From: Candidatus Omnitrophota bacterium
Lineage (GTDB): Bacteria; Omnitrophota; Gorgyraeia; Zapsychrales; Zapsychraceae
Length of the DNA: 64,000 bases
Assembly (NCBI GenBank): GCA_020429915.1
Contig: JAGQKV010000016.1
Location: forward strand, 69,137-133,136
Direction: 5' to 3'
Position 1 is the first letter of the stretch; every line of letters begins with the position of its first letter. This document shows, piece after piece, positions 45,651 to 57,672 of this stretch. Below the pieces are notes generated by a model. That model was not told the DNA's origin and made no database searches. It saw only the letters and a program-made list of their open reading frames with translations. Position numbers and translations under genes: made by a program.

Positions 45651-47649
45651 GCCGACCAAGACAGCCAAGAAAACTTCCCGCCGCAAGTCCGCGACCGTCG
45701 CGGTGTTGCAGCGTGTTGTCATAGAAGATGTTAAGCCCCAGATCGACGGCGGGGCCTTTCCCGTCAAACGTGTGCCCGGAGAATATGTCACCGTCACCGC
45801 CACGGTCTATGCGGACGCCCATGACGACGTTGAGGCGGTATTGCTCGTCCGCCGCCGGAGCGAAACTCAGTGGCGCGAGATTCCGATGCGCAGGGGGATC
45901 AATGACCTGTGGACCGCCGATTTTCTTATCGAGCACCAGGAAGACTATGTATACACGGTGGCGGGCTGGATTGACGAGTTCTCCACCTGGCGCCGCAAAC
46001 TGGTCAAGCTGTGGGAGGCCGGCCAGGATGTGCGGCTGGAGATGAAGGTCGCCGCCCAACTGCTCGACACGGCGGCCGTCAACGTCAACGGTTCGCTGCA
46101 GGATGGACGCTGGCTCAAGAAATGGGCTCGGGATTTTACCCGGGAGGGGGACGTGTTCGCCAGTGCGTACATCGGGATGAGCCGGCCGCTCTTTGATCTG
46201 ATGAAGCGTTTCGGCGAGCGCAAGTCTTACCGCCGCTTCACGCATGAATTGACCGTGCGCGTCGACCGGCAGCGTGCGCTGTACAGCACCTGGTATGAAC
46301 TCTTTCCGCGTTCCTGGAGCCTCACACAGGGACAACACGGTACGTTCAAGGATTGTGAGCGGCTGCTGCCGGAACTCGCGCGAATGGGATTCGATGTGCT
46401 TTACTTTCCGCCGATTCATCCGATCGGTTCCACGCACCGCAAGGGCGGCAACAACAGCCTGACCGCCGGAGTAACGGACCCGGGCAGCCCGTGGGCGGTC
46501 GGCAACACCGACGGCGGCCACAAGGCGATCCACGCGCAATTGGGTACGCTCAAGGACTTCAAGAATCTTATGGCGGCGGCTGCCAAGCACGGCATCGAGA
46601 TAGCCCTCGACATCGCTTTTCAGTGCTCGCCGGACCACCCGTACGTGAAGCAACATCCGCAGTGGTTCAAATGGCGCCCGGACAAGACCATCCAGTACGC
46701 CGAGAATCCGCCGAAGAAGTATGAAGACATCTATCCGATCAACTTTGACAGTGATGATTATCAAAATCTGAAAGAAGAACTGAAGGACGTCTTTGTCTAC
46801 TGGCTTAAGCAGGGGATCCGTATCTTTCGCGTCGACAATCCGCACACCAAACCGTTCCCGTTTTGGGACGAGGTGATCGGCGCGGTCCGGGAAGATTTCC
46901 CCGACGTGATCTTCCTCGCCGAGGCCTTTACCCGGCCGCACGTGATGCAACGGCTGGCCAAAGGCGGCTTCCATCAGTCTTACACGTACTTTACATGGCG
47001 CAATTCCCGGCATGAGTTTCGCGAATACATGCATGAACTCACGCGTACCGAAATGCGGGAATATTTCCGTCCCAATTTCTGGCCCAACACCCCCGACATC
47101 CTGCCGCCGCACCTGCAACACGGCGGACGTCCGGCGTTCATGCAGCGGTTGGTGCTGGCCGCGACGTTGTCCTCGAACTACGGGATCTACGGGCCGGCGT
47201 TTGAACTTTGCCTGTGGGAACCTTTCCCCGGGAAGGAAGAATACGTTCATTCCGAAAAGTACGAACTGAAAGATTGGGATTGGGACGCGCCCTGGAATCT
47301 TAAGGATTTTATCACCCGCATCAACCGGATTCGCCGCGACAACCCGGCTCTGCAGACGACCTGGAACTACGGGCCGTGCGAATCCAGCAATGAGAACCTG
47401 TATTGTTATCACAAGGCCACCGCCGACCGCGGCAACATCCTCTTGATCGTGGTCAACATGGACCCGTATCAAACTCACAGCGGGCAGGTGTGCGTGCCGG
47501 TGGAGGAGTTGGGGATCGGATGGAACCGGCATTACCGTGTTCACGATCTGATCAGTAATGACCGGTACACCTGGTACCGCGACTGGAATTACGTCGAGCT
47601 GGACCCGTTCCGTTGTCCGGCGCATATATTTAAAATCACCTGGGATTGA
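45651..47649 (+). CDS. glgE: Alpha-1,4-glucan:maltose-1-phosphate maltosyltransferase
   Basis: GH13_3 motifs DIYPINFDS and IFRVDNPHTKPFPFW. 666 aa. Confidence 0.85.
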
Positions 47650-47656
47650 GACTGAC

Positions 47657-50600
47657 ATGATAAAAGACCCCGCCATCGATGAGGAAAGCCTCTGGTACAA
47701 AGATGCCGTCATATACCAGTTACATGTGAAGACGTTTTATGACAGTGACAACGACGGCGTCGGCGATTTTCAGGGATTGACCCAAAAACTGGACTATCTC
47801 AAATCGCTGGGCATCACGGCCATTTGGCTGTTGCCGTTTTACCCCTCGCCATTACGCGACGACGGTTACGACATCGCCGACTACTACGACGTGCATCCGC
47901 AGTACGGGAGCATCAAGGACTTCAAGGAGTTTCTCAGGCAGGCGCACAAACGCGATTTGAGGGTGATTACCGAGCTGGTGATCAATCACACGTCGAGCGA
48001 ACACGCCTGGTTCAAGCGCGCGCGGCATGCCAAACCCGGCTCGCCCGAACGGGATTTTTATGTATGGAATGATACCGCGGATAAATACCGGGACGCCCGC
48101 ATCATCTTTAAGGACTTCGAGCATTCCAACTGGGCATGGGATCCGGTGGCCAAAGCTTATTATTGGCACCGGTTCTATTCACATCAACCCGATCTAAACT
48201 TCGATAATCCGCGGATGCAGAAAGAATTGTTCAAGGTCTGCGACTTCTGGTTCGGCATGGGCGTCGACGGCATGCGCCTGGACGCCGTTCCGTACTTATT
48301 TGAGAGAGAAGGCACGAACTGCGAAAACCTGCCCGAGACCTACGAGTTCCTCAAAAAGATGCGGGCGTATGTCGACCGCAAGTTCAAGAACAAGCTCTTT
48401 CTGGCGGAGGCCAATCAGTGGCCGGAGGACGCGGCGGCGTATTTCGGGGACGGCGACGAGTGTCATATGAACTTTCATTTTCCGCTGATGCCGCGGATGT
48501 ACATGGCCCTGCAGATGGAAGACCGTTATCCGATCATCGACATCCTGGAGCAGACCCCGGCGATCCCGGATGCATGCCAGTGGGCGATCTTTTTGCGCAA
48601 TCATGATGAGCTGACCTTGGAGATGGTCACCGACGAGGAACGCGACTACATGTACAAGGCCTTTGCCGAGGACGCACGGATGAAGATCAACCTGGGGATC
48701 CGCCGCCGGCTGATCCCGCTGCTGGACAACGATCGCAAACGCATCGAGCTGATGAACGTGCTGCTGTTCAGTCTCCCCGGTTCGCCGATCGTTTACTACG
48801 GCGATGAGATCGGCATGGGTGACAACTATTATCTGGGGGACCGCGACGGGGTTCGTACCCCGATGCAGTGGAGCCCGGATCGGAATGCCGGTTTCTCCAA
48901 GGTGAATCCGCATCAGCTGTACCTGCCGGTCATCATCGATCCGGAATATCACTATGAAGCGGTCAACGTGGAGACACAGGACCGCAACCTGTCTTCGTTG
49001 TTGTGGTGGATGCGCCGGGTGATCGACAAACGCAAGAAGTTTAAGGCGTTCAGCCGCGGGACGATCGAATTTTTCTATCCTGAAAACGCCAAGGTCCTGG
49101 CCTTTGTCCGCCGTTACGAAGAAGAAATCATCCTTGTGGTGATCAACCTGTCGCGTTTCTGTCAGGCCGTTCAGCTCAACCTGCATGAATACAAAGGCTA
49201 CACGCCGGAGGAAGTCTTCAGTTTCAACCGGTTCCCGCGGATCAAGGACAGCCATTACACGCTGACGATGATGCCGCACAGCCACTATTGGCTGCAGCTC
49301 AAAAAGGACGAAGATTTCGCCGATGCCCACTCTCCGGAACGTCAGGTGACCCTCACCGCGAAGAAAAGTTGGGAGGAGGTACTTAGCGACAAGAATATCG
49401 CGCGCTTTACCGATAAGATCTTGGCGCACTATCTCTACCGGTGCCGCTGGTTCGGCGGGAAGTCCAAGGTGATCCAGTCGATTCGCATCGTCAATGATTT
49501 TGCGCTGAACGTGGAGAACGCGGTGATCCGGATGCTATCCTTCGATGTTAAGTTTACGGACGGCAACAGCAATGTCTATGTGCTGCCGCTCACATTCGGC
49601 GACAAGGCACATTTGACCCAGCTCGTTAAAGACACGCCGCAGGCGGTGGTCGCCGAAGTCACGGTAGGCGACACGCAAGGGTTGCTTTACGACGGAGTTT
49701 ACAATAAAGAGTTTCATTTTTATCTGTTCGATCTGATCGCCAAGGGAAAAAAGATCAAGCAGTCCAAAGGAGATTTGGTCGGGTGTCCGGGCAAAAAGAG
49801 CCGCAGCACCCTGCGCAAGTATGTTCCGCGACGGACTTCGGAGGTCCTCAAGGCCGAGCAAAGCAACACGTCGATTATCATCGACAATACCTACTTCATG
49901 AAGATTTTCCGTAAGTTGGAGGAAGGCTTGAATCCGGACACGGAGATCGTGAGCTATCTGACCGATGAGCAGCCTTTTCCGCATGTCCCGTCGTTCGTCG
50001 GCGCCATTGAGTATCAGCGGCCCAAGAAAGAGCGGGTGGTGATTTGTTTGATGCAGGAATGCGTCATCAATGAAGGCGACGCCTGGTCCTTCACCTTTGA
50101 CCGTCTGAAAGGCTATTACGACCAGATTTTGGCCACCCGGGCCAAGGCCGACAAAGTTTCTCGGCCGCCGTCCTCATTGCTGGATATCGACATCGCCGGG
50201 GTGCCGGAGCTGGTGAAAGAATATATCGGCACGTTTTATCTGGAGATGGTCCGGTTGCTGGGCCAGCGCACCGCTGAGATGCATCTGCGGTTTGCCGCGG
50301 ACCATGAAAATCCGAATTTCTCGCCGGAGAATTTCTCAACGTTGTACCAGCGGTCGGTGTACCAGTCCATGCGCGGACTGACCAACAAAGTCCTGCAGGA
50401 CCTGAAAAAGAACGTGACCAAGCTGAGCACGGAAGACCGCCGGGAGGCGCGCGCCCTGCTGAAACGCGACAAGGAGATCGGGGCCTGTCTCAAGCGGATC
50501 ACGCAGAAGAAGTTCTCTGCCCTGAAAATCCGTATCCACGGCGACTATCATCTCGGTCAGGTGCTGTATACGGGAAAAGATTACGTGATCATCGACTTCG

Positions 50601-50980
50601 AAGGGGAGCCGGCCCGTTCGCTCACGGAACGCCGCTTGAAACGGTCCGTGTTGCGGGATGTCGCCGGTATGATCCGCTCGTTTCATTACGCGGCCTACGG
50701 AGCGTTGTTCCTTAATACGTCGGTTCTGCCGGAGGACATCAAGTCGCTGGAACCGTGGGCCGAACAGTGGTTTCACTACGTCGCGGGTGTGTATCTGGAT
50801 TCGTATCTCAATACGCTCGGAGAAGCGCCGCTGGTCCCCCGCGACCGGCAGGATCTTGAGGTCTTGTTGAATGTGTTTCTTTTGGAAAAAGCCGTGTATG
50901 AGCTCGGCTATGAACTGAACAACCGGCCCGACTGGGTCTCCATCCCGTTGAAGGGGATTAAGCATATATTGGCGTCGTAA
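47657..50980 (+). CDS. treS: Trehalose synthase / maltokinase fusion (TreS-Mak)
   Basis: N-terminal GH13 (DAVIYQLHVKTFYDSDNDGVGDF, GMRLDAVPY, FLRNHDELT). C-terminal aminoglycoside-phosphotransferase-like maltokinase (IHGDYHLGQVLYTGKDYVIIDFEGEP). Confidence 0.85.
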   Translation: MIKDPAIDEESLWYKDAVIYQLHVKTFYDSDNDGVGDFQGLTQKLDYLKSLGITAIWLLPFYPSPLRDDGYDIADYYDVHPQYGSIKDFKEFLRQAHKRDLRVITELVINHTSSEHAWFKRARHAKPGSPERDFYVWNDTADKYRDARIIFKDFEHSNWAWDPVAKAYYWHRFYSHQPDLNFDNPRMQKELFKVCDFWFGMGVDGMRLDAVPYLFEREGTNCENLPETYEFLKKMRAYVDRKFKNKLFLAEANQWPEDAAAYFGDGDECHMNFHFPLMPRMYMALQMEDRYPIIDILEQTPAIPDACQWAIFLRNHDELTLEMVTDEERDYMYKAFAEDARMKINLGIRRRLIPLLDNDRKRIELMNVLLFSLPGSPIVYYGDEIGMGDNYYLGDRDGVRTPMQWSPDRNAGFSKVNPHQLYLPVIIDPEYHYEAVNVETQDRNLSSLLWWMRRVIDKRKKFKAFSRGTIEFFYPENAKVLAFVRRYEEEIILVVINLSRFCQAVQLNLHEYKGYTPEEVFSFNRFPRIKDSHYTLTMMPHSHYWLQLKKDEDFADAHSPERQVTLTAKKSWEEVLSDKNIARFTDKILAHYLYRCRWFGGKSKVIQSIRIVNDFALNVENAVIRMLSFDVKFTDGNSNVYVLPLTFGDKAHLTQLVKDTPQAVVAEVTVGDTQGLLYDGVYNKEFHFYLFDLIAKGKKIKQSKGDLVGCPGKKSRSTLRKYVPRRTSEVLKAEQSNTSIIIDNTYFMKIFRKLEEGLNPDTEIVSYLTDEQPFPHVPSFVGAIEYQRPKKERVVICLMQECVINEGDAWSFTFDRLKGYYDQILATRAKADKVSRPPSSLLDIDIAGVPELVKEYIGTFYLEMVRLLGQRTAEMHLRFAADHENPNFSPENFSTLYQRSVYQSMRGLTNKVLQDLKKNVTKLSTEDRREARALLKRDKEIGACLKRITQKKFSALKIRIHGDYHLGQVLYTGKDYVIIDFEGEPARSLTERRLKRSVLRDVAGMIRSFHYAAYGALFLNTSVLPEDIKSLEPWAEQWFHYVAGVYLDSYLNTLGEAPLVPRDRQDLEVLLNVFLLEKAVYELGYELNNRPDWVSIPLKGIKHILAS

Positions 50981-51031
50981 ACACGCGGCGGCAAACGTGG
51001 ACAGATCGCAAGCGTGAAAAGAGGTATTCTC

Positions 51032-53023
51032 ATGGCCAAGAAATCGCAAACCCGGACGATCGAACCCAAGCAGAACGCCAAGCCCGAGAAAAAACGGGTG
51101 CCCGGCGATATCATTCACGGGGTCAGTCGGATGACCGAACAGGATGTCTACCTGTTCAATGAGGGAAGCCATTTCCGGTTGTACGAAAAGCTGGGAGCCC
51201 ATCAGATGGAAGTCGACGGAACCGCGGGGACTCATTTCGCGGTGATGGCCCCCAATGCCAAACACGTGACGGTGATGGGGGATTTTAACGGCTGGAACAA
51301 AGCGTCGCATCCGCTGGCTTCGCGCTGGGACGACAGCGGGATTTGGGAAGGTTTTATCCCGCATGTGGGCAAAGGAGATTTGTATAAATTCTTCATTCAT
51401 TCGCATCACGACGATTATTGCGTCGACAAACGCGATCCGTTCGCCAACTATTGCGAGGTTCCGCCGAACACATCCTCCATCATCTGGGACCTGGACTATC
51501 AGTGGCAGGACGCGCAGTGGATGAAGAAGCGCAAAGAATACAACGCCCTGAACGCGCCGCTGGCCGTTTACGAGATCCACTTCGGCTCCTGGCGGCGCAA
51601 AGTGGAAGAGGACAACCGGTCATTAACGTACCGCGAGATGGTAGACCACCTGGTCGGCTATATCCGCGAAATGGGTTTCACCCACGTGGAGTTTTTGCCG
51701 CTGATGGCCTTTCCCTTTGAGGGATCCTGGGGATATCAGACCGTGGGCTACTTTGCCCCGACCAGCCGCTACGGGACGCCGCAGGATTTTATGTATCTGG
51801 TGGACCAGCTGCATCAAAATGAAATCGGCGTGATCCTCGACTGGGTGCCGTCTCATTTTCCGTCCGACGAACACGGTTTATGCTATTTCGACGGGACGCA
51901 TCTCTTCGAGCATGCGGACGACCGACAAGGGTATCATCCGGACTGGAAGAGTTACATCTATAATTACGGCCGGCGCGAGGTCATGAATTTTCTGATCAGC
52001 AGCGCCCTGTTCTGGCTGGACAAATACCACATCGACGGACTGCGCGTGGACGGCGTGGCCTCCATGCTGTATCTGGACTATTCCCGCAACGAGGGCGAAT
52101 GGATTCCCAATGAGCACGGCGGCCGTGAGAATCTGGAGGCGATCAACATGTTGCAACGGCTGAACGCCGTGGTCTACCAGGAATATCCCGACGTGCAGAT
52201 GATGGCCGAGGAATCGACGGCTTGGCCCGGCGTATCACGGCCGACATACACGGGCGGTCTCGGTTTCGGCATGAAATGGAATATGGGCTGGATGCACGAC
52301 ACGTTAAGCTATTTTCAAAAGGACCCGGTGTATCGCAAACATCATCACAACGAATTAACCTTCAGCATGGTTTATGCCTTTACCGAGAACTTCATGCTGT
52401 CGCTCTCACACGACGAGGTGGTCCACGGCAAGGGATCTTTGCTCAACAAGATGCCCGGTGACGAATGGCAACGCTTTGCAAATTTGCGTCTGCTGTACGG
52501 TTATATGTATGCCCATCCGGGTAAAAAACTGTTGTTCATGGGCGCTGAAATCGGTCAGGGAAATGAATGGAACCATGACAGCAGCATCGAGTGGCATCTC
52601 TTGCAGTACGATTGTCACCGCACCCTGCAGCAATGGGTCAAGGACCTCAATGCGGTGTACCGACATGAAGCCGCGTTGTCCTATGACGACTTTTCGCCGG
52701 AAGGCATGGAATGGATCGATCACAATGACTGGCAAAACAGTATATTGACGTTTATGCGCAAAGGACCGCGGGAAGAGGATGCCTTGATCGTGGTCTGTAA
52801 TTTTACGCCGATTGTGCGTGAGAACTATCACATCGGCGCGCCGTCCGGCGGGATATGGGAGGAAGTCCTCAACAGTGACGCCGGTGAATACGGCGGCAGT
52901 GGCGTGAGGAATCCCGGCGGGATCGAAGCCAATCCGATCTGCTGCCACGGCCGTTATCACACACTGAATCTGACGTTGCCGCCGCTGGGCGTGCTGTTCC
53001 TCAAGAAAGCCGCCGGCAGATGA
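51032..53023 (+). CDS. glgB: 1,4-alpha-glucan branching enzyme
   Basis: YEIHFGSWRR, GFTHVEFLPLMAFPFEGSWGYQ, GVILDWVPSHFP. The ATG at 51032 follows the RBS aagagg. Confidence 0.9.
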   Translation: MAKKSQTRTIEPKQNAKPEKKRVPGDIIHGVSRMTEQDVYLFNEGSHFRLYEKLGAHQMEVDGTAGTHFAVMAPNAKHVTVMGDFNGWNKASHPLASRWDDSGIWEGFIPHVGKGDLYKFFIHSHHDDYCVDKRDPFANYCEVPPNTSSIIWDLDYQWQDAQWMKKRKEYNALNAPLAVYEIHFGSWRRKVEEDNRSLTYREMVDHLVGYIREMGFTHVEFLPLMAFPFEGSWGYQTVGYFAPTSRYGTPQDFMYLVDQLHQNEIGVILDWVPSHFPSDEHGLCYFDGTHLFEHADDRQGYHPDWKSYIYNYGRREVMNFLISSALFWLDKYHIDGLRVDGVASMLYLDYSRNEGEWIPNEHGGRENLEAINMLQRLNAVVYQEYPDVQMMAEESTAWPGVSRPTYTGGLGFGMKWNMGWMHDTLSYFQKDPVYRKHHHNELTFSMVYAFTENFMLSLSHDEVVHGKGSLLNKMPGDEWQRFANLRLLYGYMYAHPGKKLLFMGAEIGQGNEWNHDSSIEWHLLQYDCHRTLQQWVKDLNAVYRHEAALSYDDFSPEGMEWIDHNDWQNSILTFMRKGPREEDALIVVCNFTPIVRENYHIGAPSGGIWEEVLNSDAGEYGGSGVRNPGGIEANPICCHGRYHTLNLTLPPLGVLFLKKAAGR

Positions 53024-53051
53024 CCGGACCATTAACAGGTAAGGAGCCAAG

Positions 53052-53390
53052 ATGAAAGAGCAAATCATCGATGTCGCGGGCAAGACATATCAGTTTCTGG
53101 GACAAAACGGGGAGACCGAGATCGGCGCATTATCGCGCGGTTTAAAAGAAGAGAAAGATCTCGTCCTGCAGTCCCTCGGATGGCTGGCACGCGAAGATAA
53201 AATACTTTTCTCCCAACGCAGCAGCAAGACGTTTGTCGCCTTGATGGAGGCTGAACGCGACGCCTTCAGCCGGATCGCTCACGCCATCACCACTGCCGTG
53301 CCGAGGCCGGATGCAAAACCAGCCCCAAAGACCGTTAAGAAGACGGTCCGCAAGGCTGCCCGCAAAATTACCCGCAAGAAGGCCAAGTAA
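53052..53390 (+). CDS. Small winged-helix-like protein with a lysine-rich (histone H1-like) C-terminal tail
   Basis: 112 aa. The C-terminus is PKTVKKTVRKAARKITRKKAK. Confidence 0.45.
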   Translation: MKEQIIDVAGKTYQFLGQNGETEIGALSRGLKEEKDLVLQSLGWLAREDKILFSQRSSKTFVALMEAERDAFSRIAHAITTAVPRPDAKPAPKTVKKTVRKAARKITRKKAK

Positions 53391-53409
53391 GACGAAAAGC
53401 CCGTTGTCT

Positions 53410-55236
53410 ATGACTCTCGGACCCCAATGGATATCCTCCGGGCAGGTGACGTTCACGGTGTGGGCGCCGCTGCGCGAGCGGATGGAGCTGCACGTCGTGT
53501 CTCCGCGTGATGCCGTCTACCCCATGGACAAGAATGAACAGGGATACTGGCAGGTCACCGTTGCCGCTCTCGACGCGGATGCCCGTTATCTGTACCGTCT
53601 CGACGGCGGGGAGGAGCGGCCGGATCCCGCGTCGCCCTATCAACCGGATGGTGTACACAAACCGTCGGCTACGGTTAATCATGCCGCCTTTGCCTGGACC
53701 GACGCCGACTGGCGTCCCCCGGCGTTGGCTGACTGGATCATTTATGAATTGCATGTCGGCACGTTTACCGCGGAGGGGACCTTTGCCTCCGTCATCCCGC
53801 GTCTGCCGGAACTGCGCGATCTCGGGATCAATACGATCGAACTCCTGCCCGTGGCCCAGTTTCCCGGTGACCGTAACTGGGGTTATGATGGCGTTTATCC
53901 GTATGCCGCGCAAAACAGCTACGGCGGTCCGCACGGGCTGAAGGCCCTTGTCGATGCCTGCCACAAGGAGGGCTTCGCGGTGGTCCTCGATGTGGTCTAC
54001 AACCATCTCGGTCCCGAGGGCAACTACCTGCACGGTTACGCGCCCTACTTTACCCGCAAATATCATACCCCCTGGGGGGAGGCCCTGAATTTCGACGACG
54101 CCGACAACGGCGGGGTCCGCGAGTATTTTATTCAAAACGCGTTGCACTGGCTGCGCGACTATCATATGGACGGACTGCGGCTGGATGCCGTGCACGCGAT
54201 TTTCGATCAGAGTGCCAAGCCTTTTTTGCAGGAACTCCACGAGAAGGTCACGGACTGGTCAGCGCAACAGGACCGGCAGGTCATCCTGATCGCCGAAAGT
54301 GATCTCAATGACGTGCGGGTGATCCGCAGCCGTGACCGGGGCGGGTTCGGCCTGGAGACGCAGTGGTCGGATGATTTTCACCACGCCGTCCACACCGTGC
54401 TGACCGGCGAACGCGACGGCTATTATGCCGACTTCCGTGATATTCGCGACGTTCACAAGGCATTGACCGACTCTTTTGTTTACGACTGGCGGTATTCCGT
54501 CCACCGCAGGCGCTATCACGGCAGCCGCGCGGCCGAATGTCCGCCGGAACAATTCGTTATCAGCCTGCAGAATCACGATCAGGTCGGCAACCGCATGTTC
54601 GGGGAACGGTTGAGCAAACTGGTCCCGTTTGAAGCGCAGAAACTGGCCGCCGGGGTGATGCTGCTGTCGCCCTATATTCCGATGATCTTTATGGGGGAGG
54701 AGTACGGCGAGGAGACTCCTTTCTACTACTTTGTAAGCCATTCGGACGCGGGATTGATCGATGCGGTCCGCAACGGGCGCCGCGAGGAGTTTGCCGCCTT
54801 TCAGTGGCGGGGTGAGCCTCCGGACCCCCAGGCCGCGGAGACATTTGCCGCGTCGAAACTCAACTGGGAGTCCCGTGACACCGGACGGCACGGCGCCCTG
54901 CGGGCCTATTGGCGGGAGCTTATCCGGCTGCGCCGGACGTGCCCGGCGCTCAAGAATCTGAGCCGGGAGAATATGAAAATAGTGTGTTGGGAATCCGAGA
55001 ATGTGCTGTATTGTAAAAGATGGACGGACAGCGACGTCGTCGCGTGGTTTGCCAACTTCAGTCCGCAACCGCAGTCCGTGGCATTAGACCGCCGCGACGG
55101 ACAGTGGGTTTCCCTGATCGATTCTTACCACGGGCCTTGGAGCGGCCCGGGCAGTTCCCTGAATAACGAAACCGGCTTTGCGGAGACCATATCCCTCGGC
55201 CCTTATCAATTTGCCCTTTATCAAAGGAAGCTATAG
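53410..55236 (+). CDS. treZ: Malto-oligosyltrehalose trehalohydrolase
   Basis: VTFTVWAPLRERMEL (N-terminal CBM48-like), IYELHVGTFT, GFAVVLDVVYNH, GLRLDAVHAI. Confidence 0.85.
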   Translation: MTLGPQWISSGQVTFTVWAPLRERMELHVVSPRDAVYPMDKNEQGYWQVTVAALDADARYLYRLDGGEERPDPASPYQPDGVHKPSATVNHAAFAWTDADWRPPALADWIIYELHVGTFTAEGTFASVIPRLPELRDLGINTIELLPVAQFPGDRNWGYDGVYPYAAQNSYGGPHGLKALVDACHKEGFAVVLDVVYNHLGPEGNYLHGYAPYFTRKYHTPWGEALNFDDADNGGVREYFIQNALHWLRDYHMDGLRLDAVHAIFDQSAKPFLQELHEKVTDWSAQQDRQVILIAESDLNDVRVIRSRDRGGFGLETQWSDDFHHAVHTVLTGERDGYYADFRDIRDVHKALTDSFVYDWRYSVHRRRYHGSRAAECPPEQFVISLQNHDQVGNRMFGERLSKLVPFEAQKLAAGVMLLSPYIPMIFMGEEYGEETPFYYFVSHSDAGLIDAVRNGRREEFAAFQWRGEPPDPQAAETFAASKLNWESRDTGRHGALRAYWRELIRLRRTCPALKNLSRENMKIVCWESENVLYCKRWTDSDVVAWFANFSPQPQSVALDRRDGQWVSLIDSYHGPWSGPGSSLNNETGFAETISLGPYQFALYQRKL

Positions 55237-57672
55237 ATGAATTCCAACCGTTATGTCTGCATCCACGGACATTTTTATCAGCCGCCGCGTGAAAATCCGT
55301 GGCTGGAAGAGATCGAAGTCCAGGAATCCGCCCATCCCTACCATGACTGGAATGAGCGTATCACCCAGGAATGTTATGCCCCGAATTCGGCCAGCCGCAT
55401 CCTCGGTGGAGACTACCGCACGATCGTGAAAATCGTGAACAATTATGCCGGTATGAGTTTCAACTTCGGGCCCACGCTGTTGTCGTGGCTGGAACGAAAC
55501 AACAGGAATTTTTACCGCCGGATCCTGCAGGCCGACAAGGATAGCCAAAAACGATTTTCCGGACACGGATCGGCGCTGGCGCAGGTCTACAACCACATGA
55601 TTATGCCGCTGGCCAGCACCCGGGACGAGCGCACGCAGATATTTTGGGGCATTCGTGATTTTGAGTACCGCTTCGGACGCATGCCCGAGGGAATGTGGCT
55701 GGCGGAGACCGCGGTGAACACCGAGACCCTTGAACTGCTGGCGGAGTACGGGATCAAATTCACCATCTTGGCACCGCATCAGGCCAAACGAGTCCGTCCG
55801 CTCGGCACCGAGAAATGGATCGACGTTCAGGGCGGTAAGATCGACCCGCAGGTAGCCTACGTTTGTCCGCTGCCGAATGGCAAAAGCATCAACCTTTTCT
55901 TTTACGACGGTCCTATCTCGCAGGAATTGGCCTTTCAGGACCTGCTGCGCGACGGGGGCCGGTTTGCCGACCGTTTGGTGTCGACCTTCCCCAAGCAGAC
56001 GAAGGAACAGCGTCTGGTGCACATCGCTACCGACGGGGAAACCTACGGCCATCATCAAAACTTCGGAGACATGGCCCTGGCCTTTTGCCTGCATAAGATT
56101 GAAAGTGAGAAAATGGCCCAGGTCACTATCTACGGGGAGTTTCTGGAAAAGTTTCCTCCGGTCCATGAGGTAGAAATTATCGACAACAGCTCGTGGAGTT
56201 GTATCCACGGCATCGAACGCTGGAAGTCGGACTGCGGCTGTTGCAGCGGCGGTTATCCCGATTGGAACCAGGCGTGGCGTGAACCGTTGCGCAACAGTCT
56301 GGATTGGCTGCGTAATAATATCGCCCCGCATTACGAGCGGGCGATGGGTGAATTCTGCGACGATCCGTGGAAGGCGCGGGATCACTTTATCGAGGTCATG
56401 CTCGACCGTTCGACCAAATCCACCGAGCGTTACTTCGCGGAAAACTGTCGCCCGGATTTGACGCCTCAGGATAAAATCAGAATTCTCAAATTACAAGAGA
56501 TGCAGCGGCACGCGATGTTGATGTATACCAGCTGCGGGTGGTTTTTCGACGAGATATCGGGATTGGAAACCACCCAGATCCTGAAGTACGCGGCGCGGGT
56601 TCTGCAGTTGGCCAAAGAGACCACCGGCGCGGACCTGGAGGGGGATTTTGTCAACAGCCTGCGCTACGCGCCGAGCAATGTCCCGGATCTCTATAACGGG
56701 GCGGTGGTCTATGAGCAATTCGTCAAGCCCTCTTCGGTCGATATTTTACGGGTCGGCGTGCACTACGCGATCGATTCGCTTTTCAAGGACCACACTACGA
56801 AAAGCAAGACTTACTGTTACACCGCCGACAGTGATTTTTACGAAACCTTGGAAGCGGGGCATCAGAAAATGGCCATCGGCCGCGCCGCCATCCGCTCGGA
56901 CATCACCTGGGAGGAAGAGCAGGTGACCTTCGCGGTGCTGCATTTCGGCGATCACAATCTCTCCGGCGGGGTCAGGCCGCATGTCGGTGACGAAGCCCTT
57001 CAAGGTATGTATCACCAAATTAAAGAGGCCTTCGAGGCCAGTGACATCCCCGAGGTGATCCGGTTGATGAATGAGCACTTCGGCCGCAACAATTATTCCC
57101 TCAAGCACCTGTTCAAGGATGAACAGAAAAGGATCTTCAACGAAATCATCGCCTCCGCCCTGGACGACATCGAGGCGCATTTCCGGCAGATCTACACCCA
57201 CTATTATCCGCTGATGCAGGCCCAGCAACAGCTGCAGATCCCGCTGCCGCCGGCCATGGCGACTTCGGTGGAATTTATCCTTAATAAGGATTTGTCCGCC
57301 CTGTTGGAGGAGGAAAAACTCAAGATCCGGGCGGTCAAGAAGGTCGTCGATGAGGTCCGGCGTTTCAGCTTTCAGATCGACAAGGCCGCGATCCGCTTTA
57401 TTGCCGCAAAGCGGATCAATGTCCTGATGGAACGGTTCAAAGCCGCGCCGACGAATCTCAAGGCTTTGCAGGCCCTGGAGGCTTTCTTGCGTGTGCTGAG
57501 CCCGTTGGACCTGGAGATGAACCTGTGGCTGGTGCAGGACGATTATTTCCGCATCAACCGCCGGCGGATCGAGGAAAAGAAGGTCGACGGGGAAAATGTC
57601 GCGGGTCTTCCGACGAAGTGGCACGAGTTGTTCAAGAGTGTCGGCGAGCAGCTGCGGATCGCGATCGAATAA
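55237..57672 (+). CDS. Glycoside hydrolase family 57 protein with C-terminal DUF3536
   Basis: The N-terminal [15 protein letters not shown] is the GH57 signature. 811 aa. Confidence 0.8.
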   Translation: MNSNRYVCIHGHFYQPPRENPWLEEIEVQESAHPYHDWNERITQECYAPNSASRILGGDYRTIVKIVNNYAGMSFNFGPTLLSWLERNNRNFYRRILQADKDSQKRFSGHGSALAQVYNHMIMPLASTRDERTQIFWGIRDFEYRFGRMPEGMWLAETAVNTETLELLAEYGIKFTILAPHQAKRVRPLGTEKWIDVQGGKIDPQVAYVCPLPNGKSINLFFYDGPISQELAFQDLLRDGGRFADRLVSTFPKQTKEQRLVHIATDGETYGHHQNFGDMALAFCLHKIESEKMAQVTIYGEFLEKFPPVHEVEIIDNSSWSCIHGIERWKSDCGCCSGGYPDWNQAWREPLRNSLDWLRNNIAPHYERAMGEFCDDPWKARDHFIEVMLDRSTKSTERYFAENCRPDLTPQDKIRILKLQEMQRHAMLMYTSCGWFFDEISGLETTQILKYAARVLQLAKETTGADLEGDFVNSLRYAPSNVPDLYNGAVVYEQFVKPSSVDILRVGVHYAIDSLFKDHTTKSKTYCYTADSDFYETLEAGHQKMAIGRAAIRSDITWEEEQVTFAVLHFGDHNLSGGVRPHVGDEALQGMYHQIKEAFEASDIPEVIRLMNEHFGRNNYSLKHLFKDEQKRIFNEIIASALDDIEAHFRQIYTHYYPLMQAQQQLQIPLPPAMATSVEFILNKDLSALLEEEKLKIRAVKKVVDEVRRFSFQIDKAAIRFIAAKRINVLMERFKAAPTNLKALQALEAFLRVLSPLDLEMNLWLVQDDYFRINRRRIEEKKVDGENVAGLPTKWHELFKSVGEQLRIAIE

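Noticed and set aside
45550-47712. 720-aa minus-strand ORF
   Set aside because: It is antisense to glgE, which has clear GH13 motifs. A compositional artefact.
48296-51580. Two long minus-strand ORFs (377 aa and 414 aa)
   Set aside because: They are antisense to treS-mak and glgB. No motifs, R/G/P/H-rich translations.
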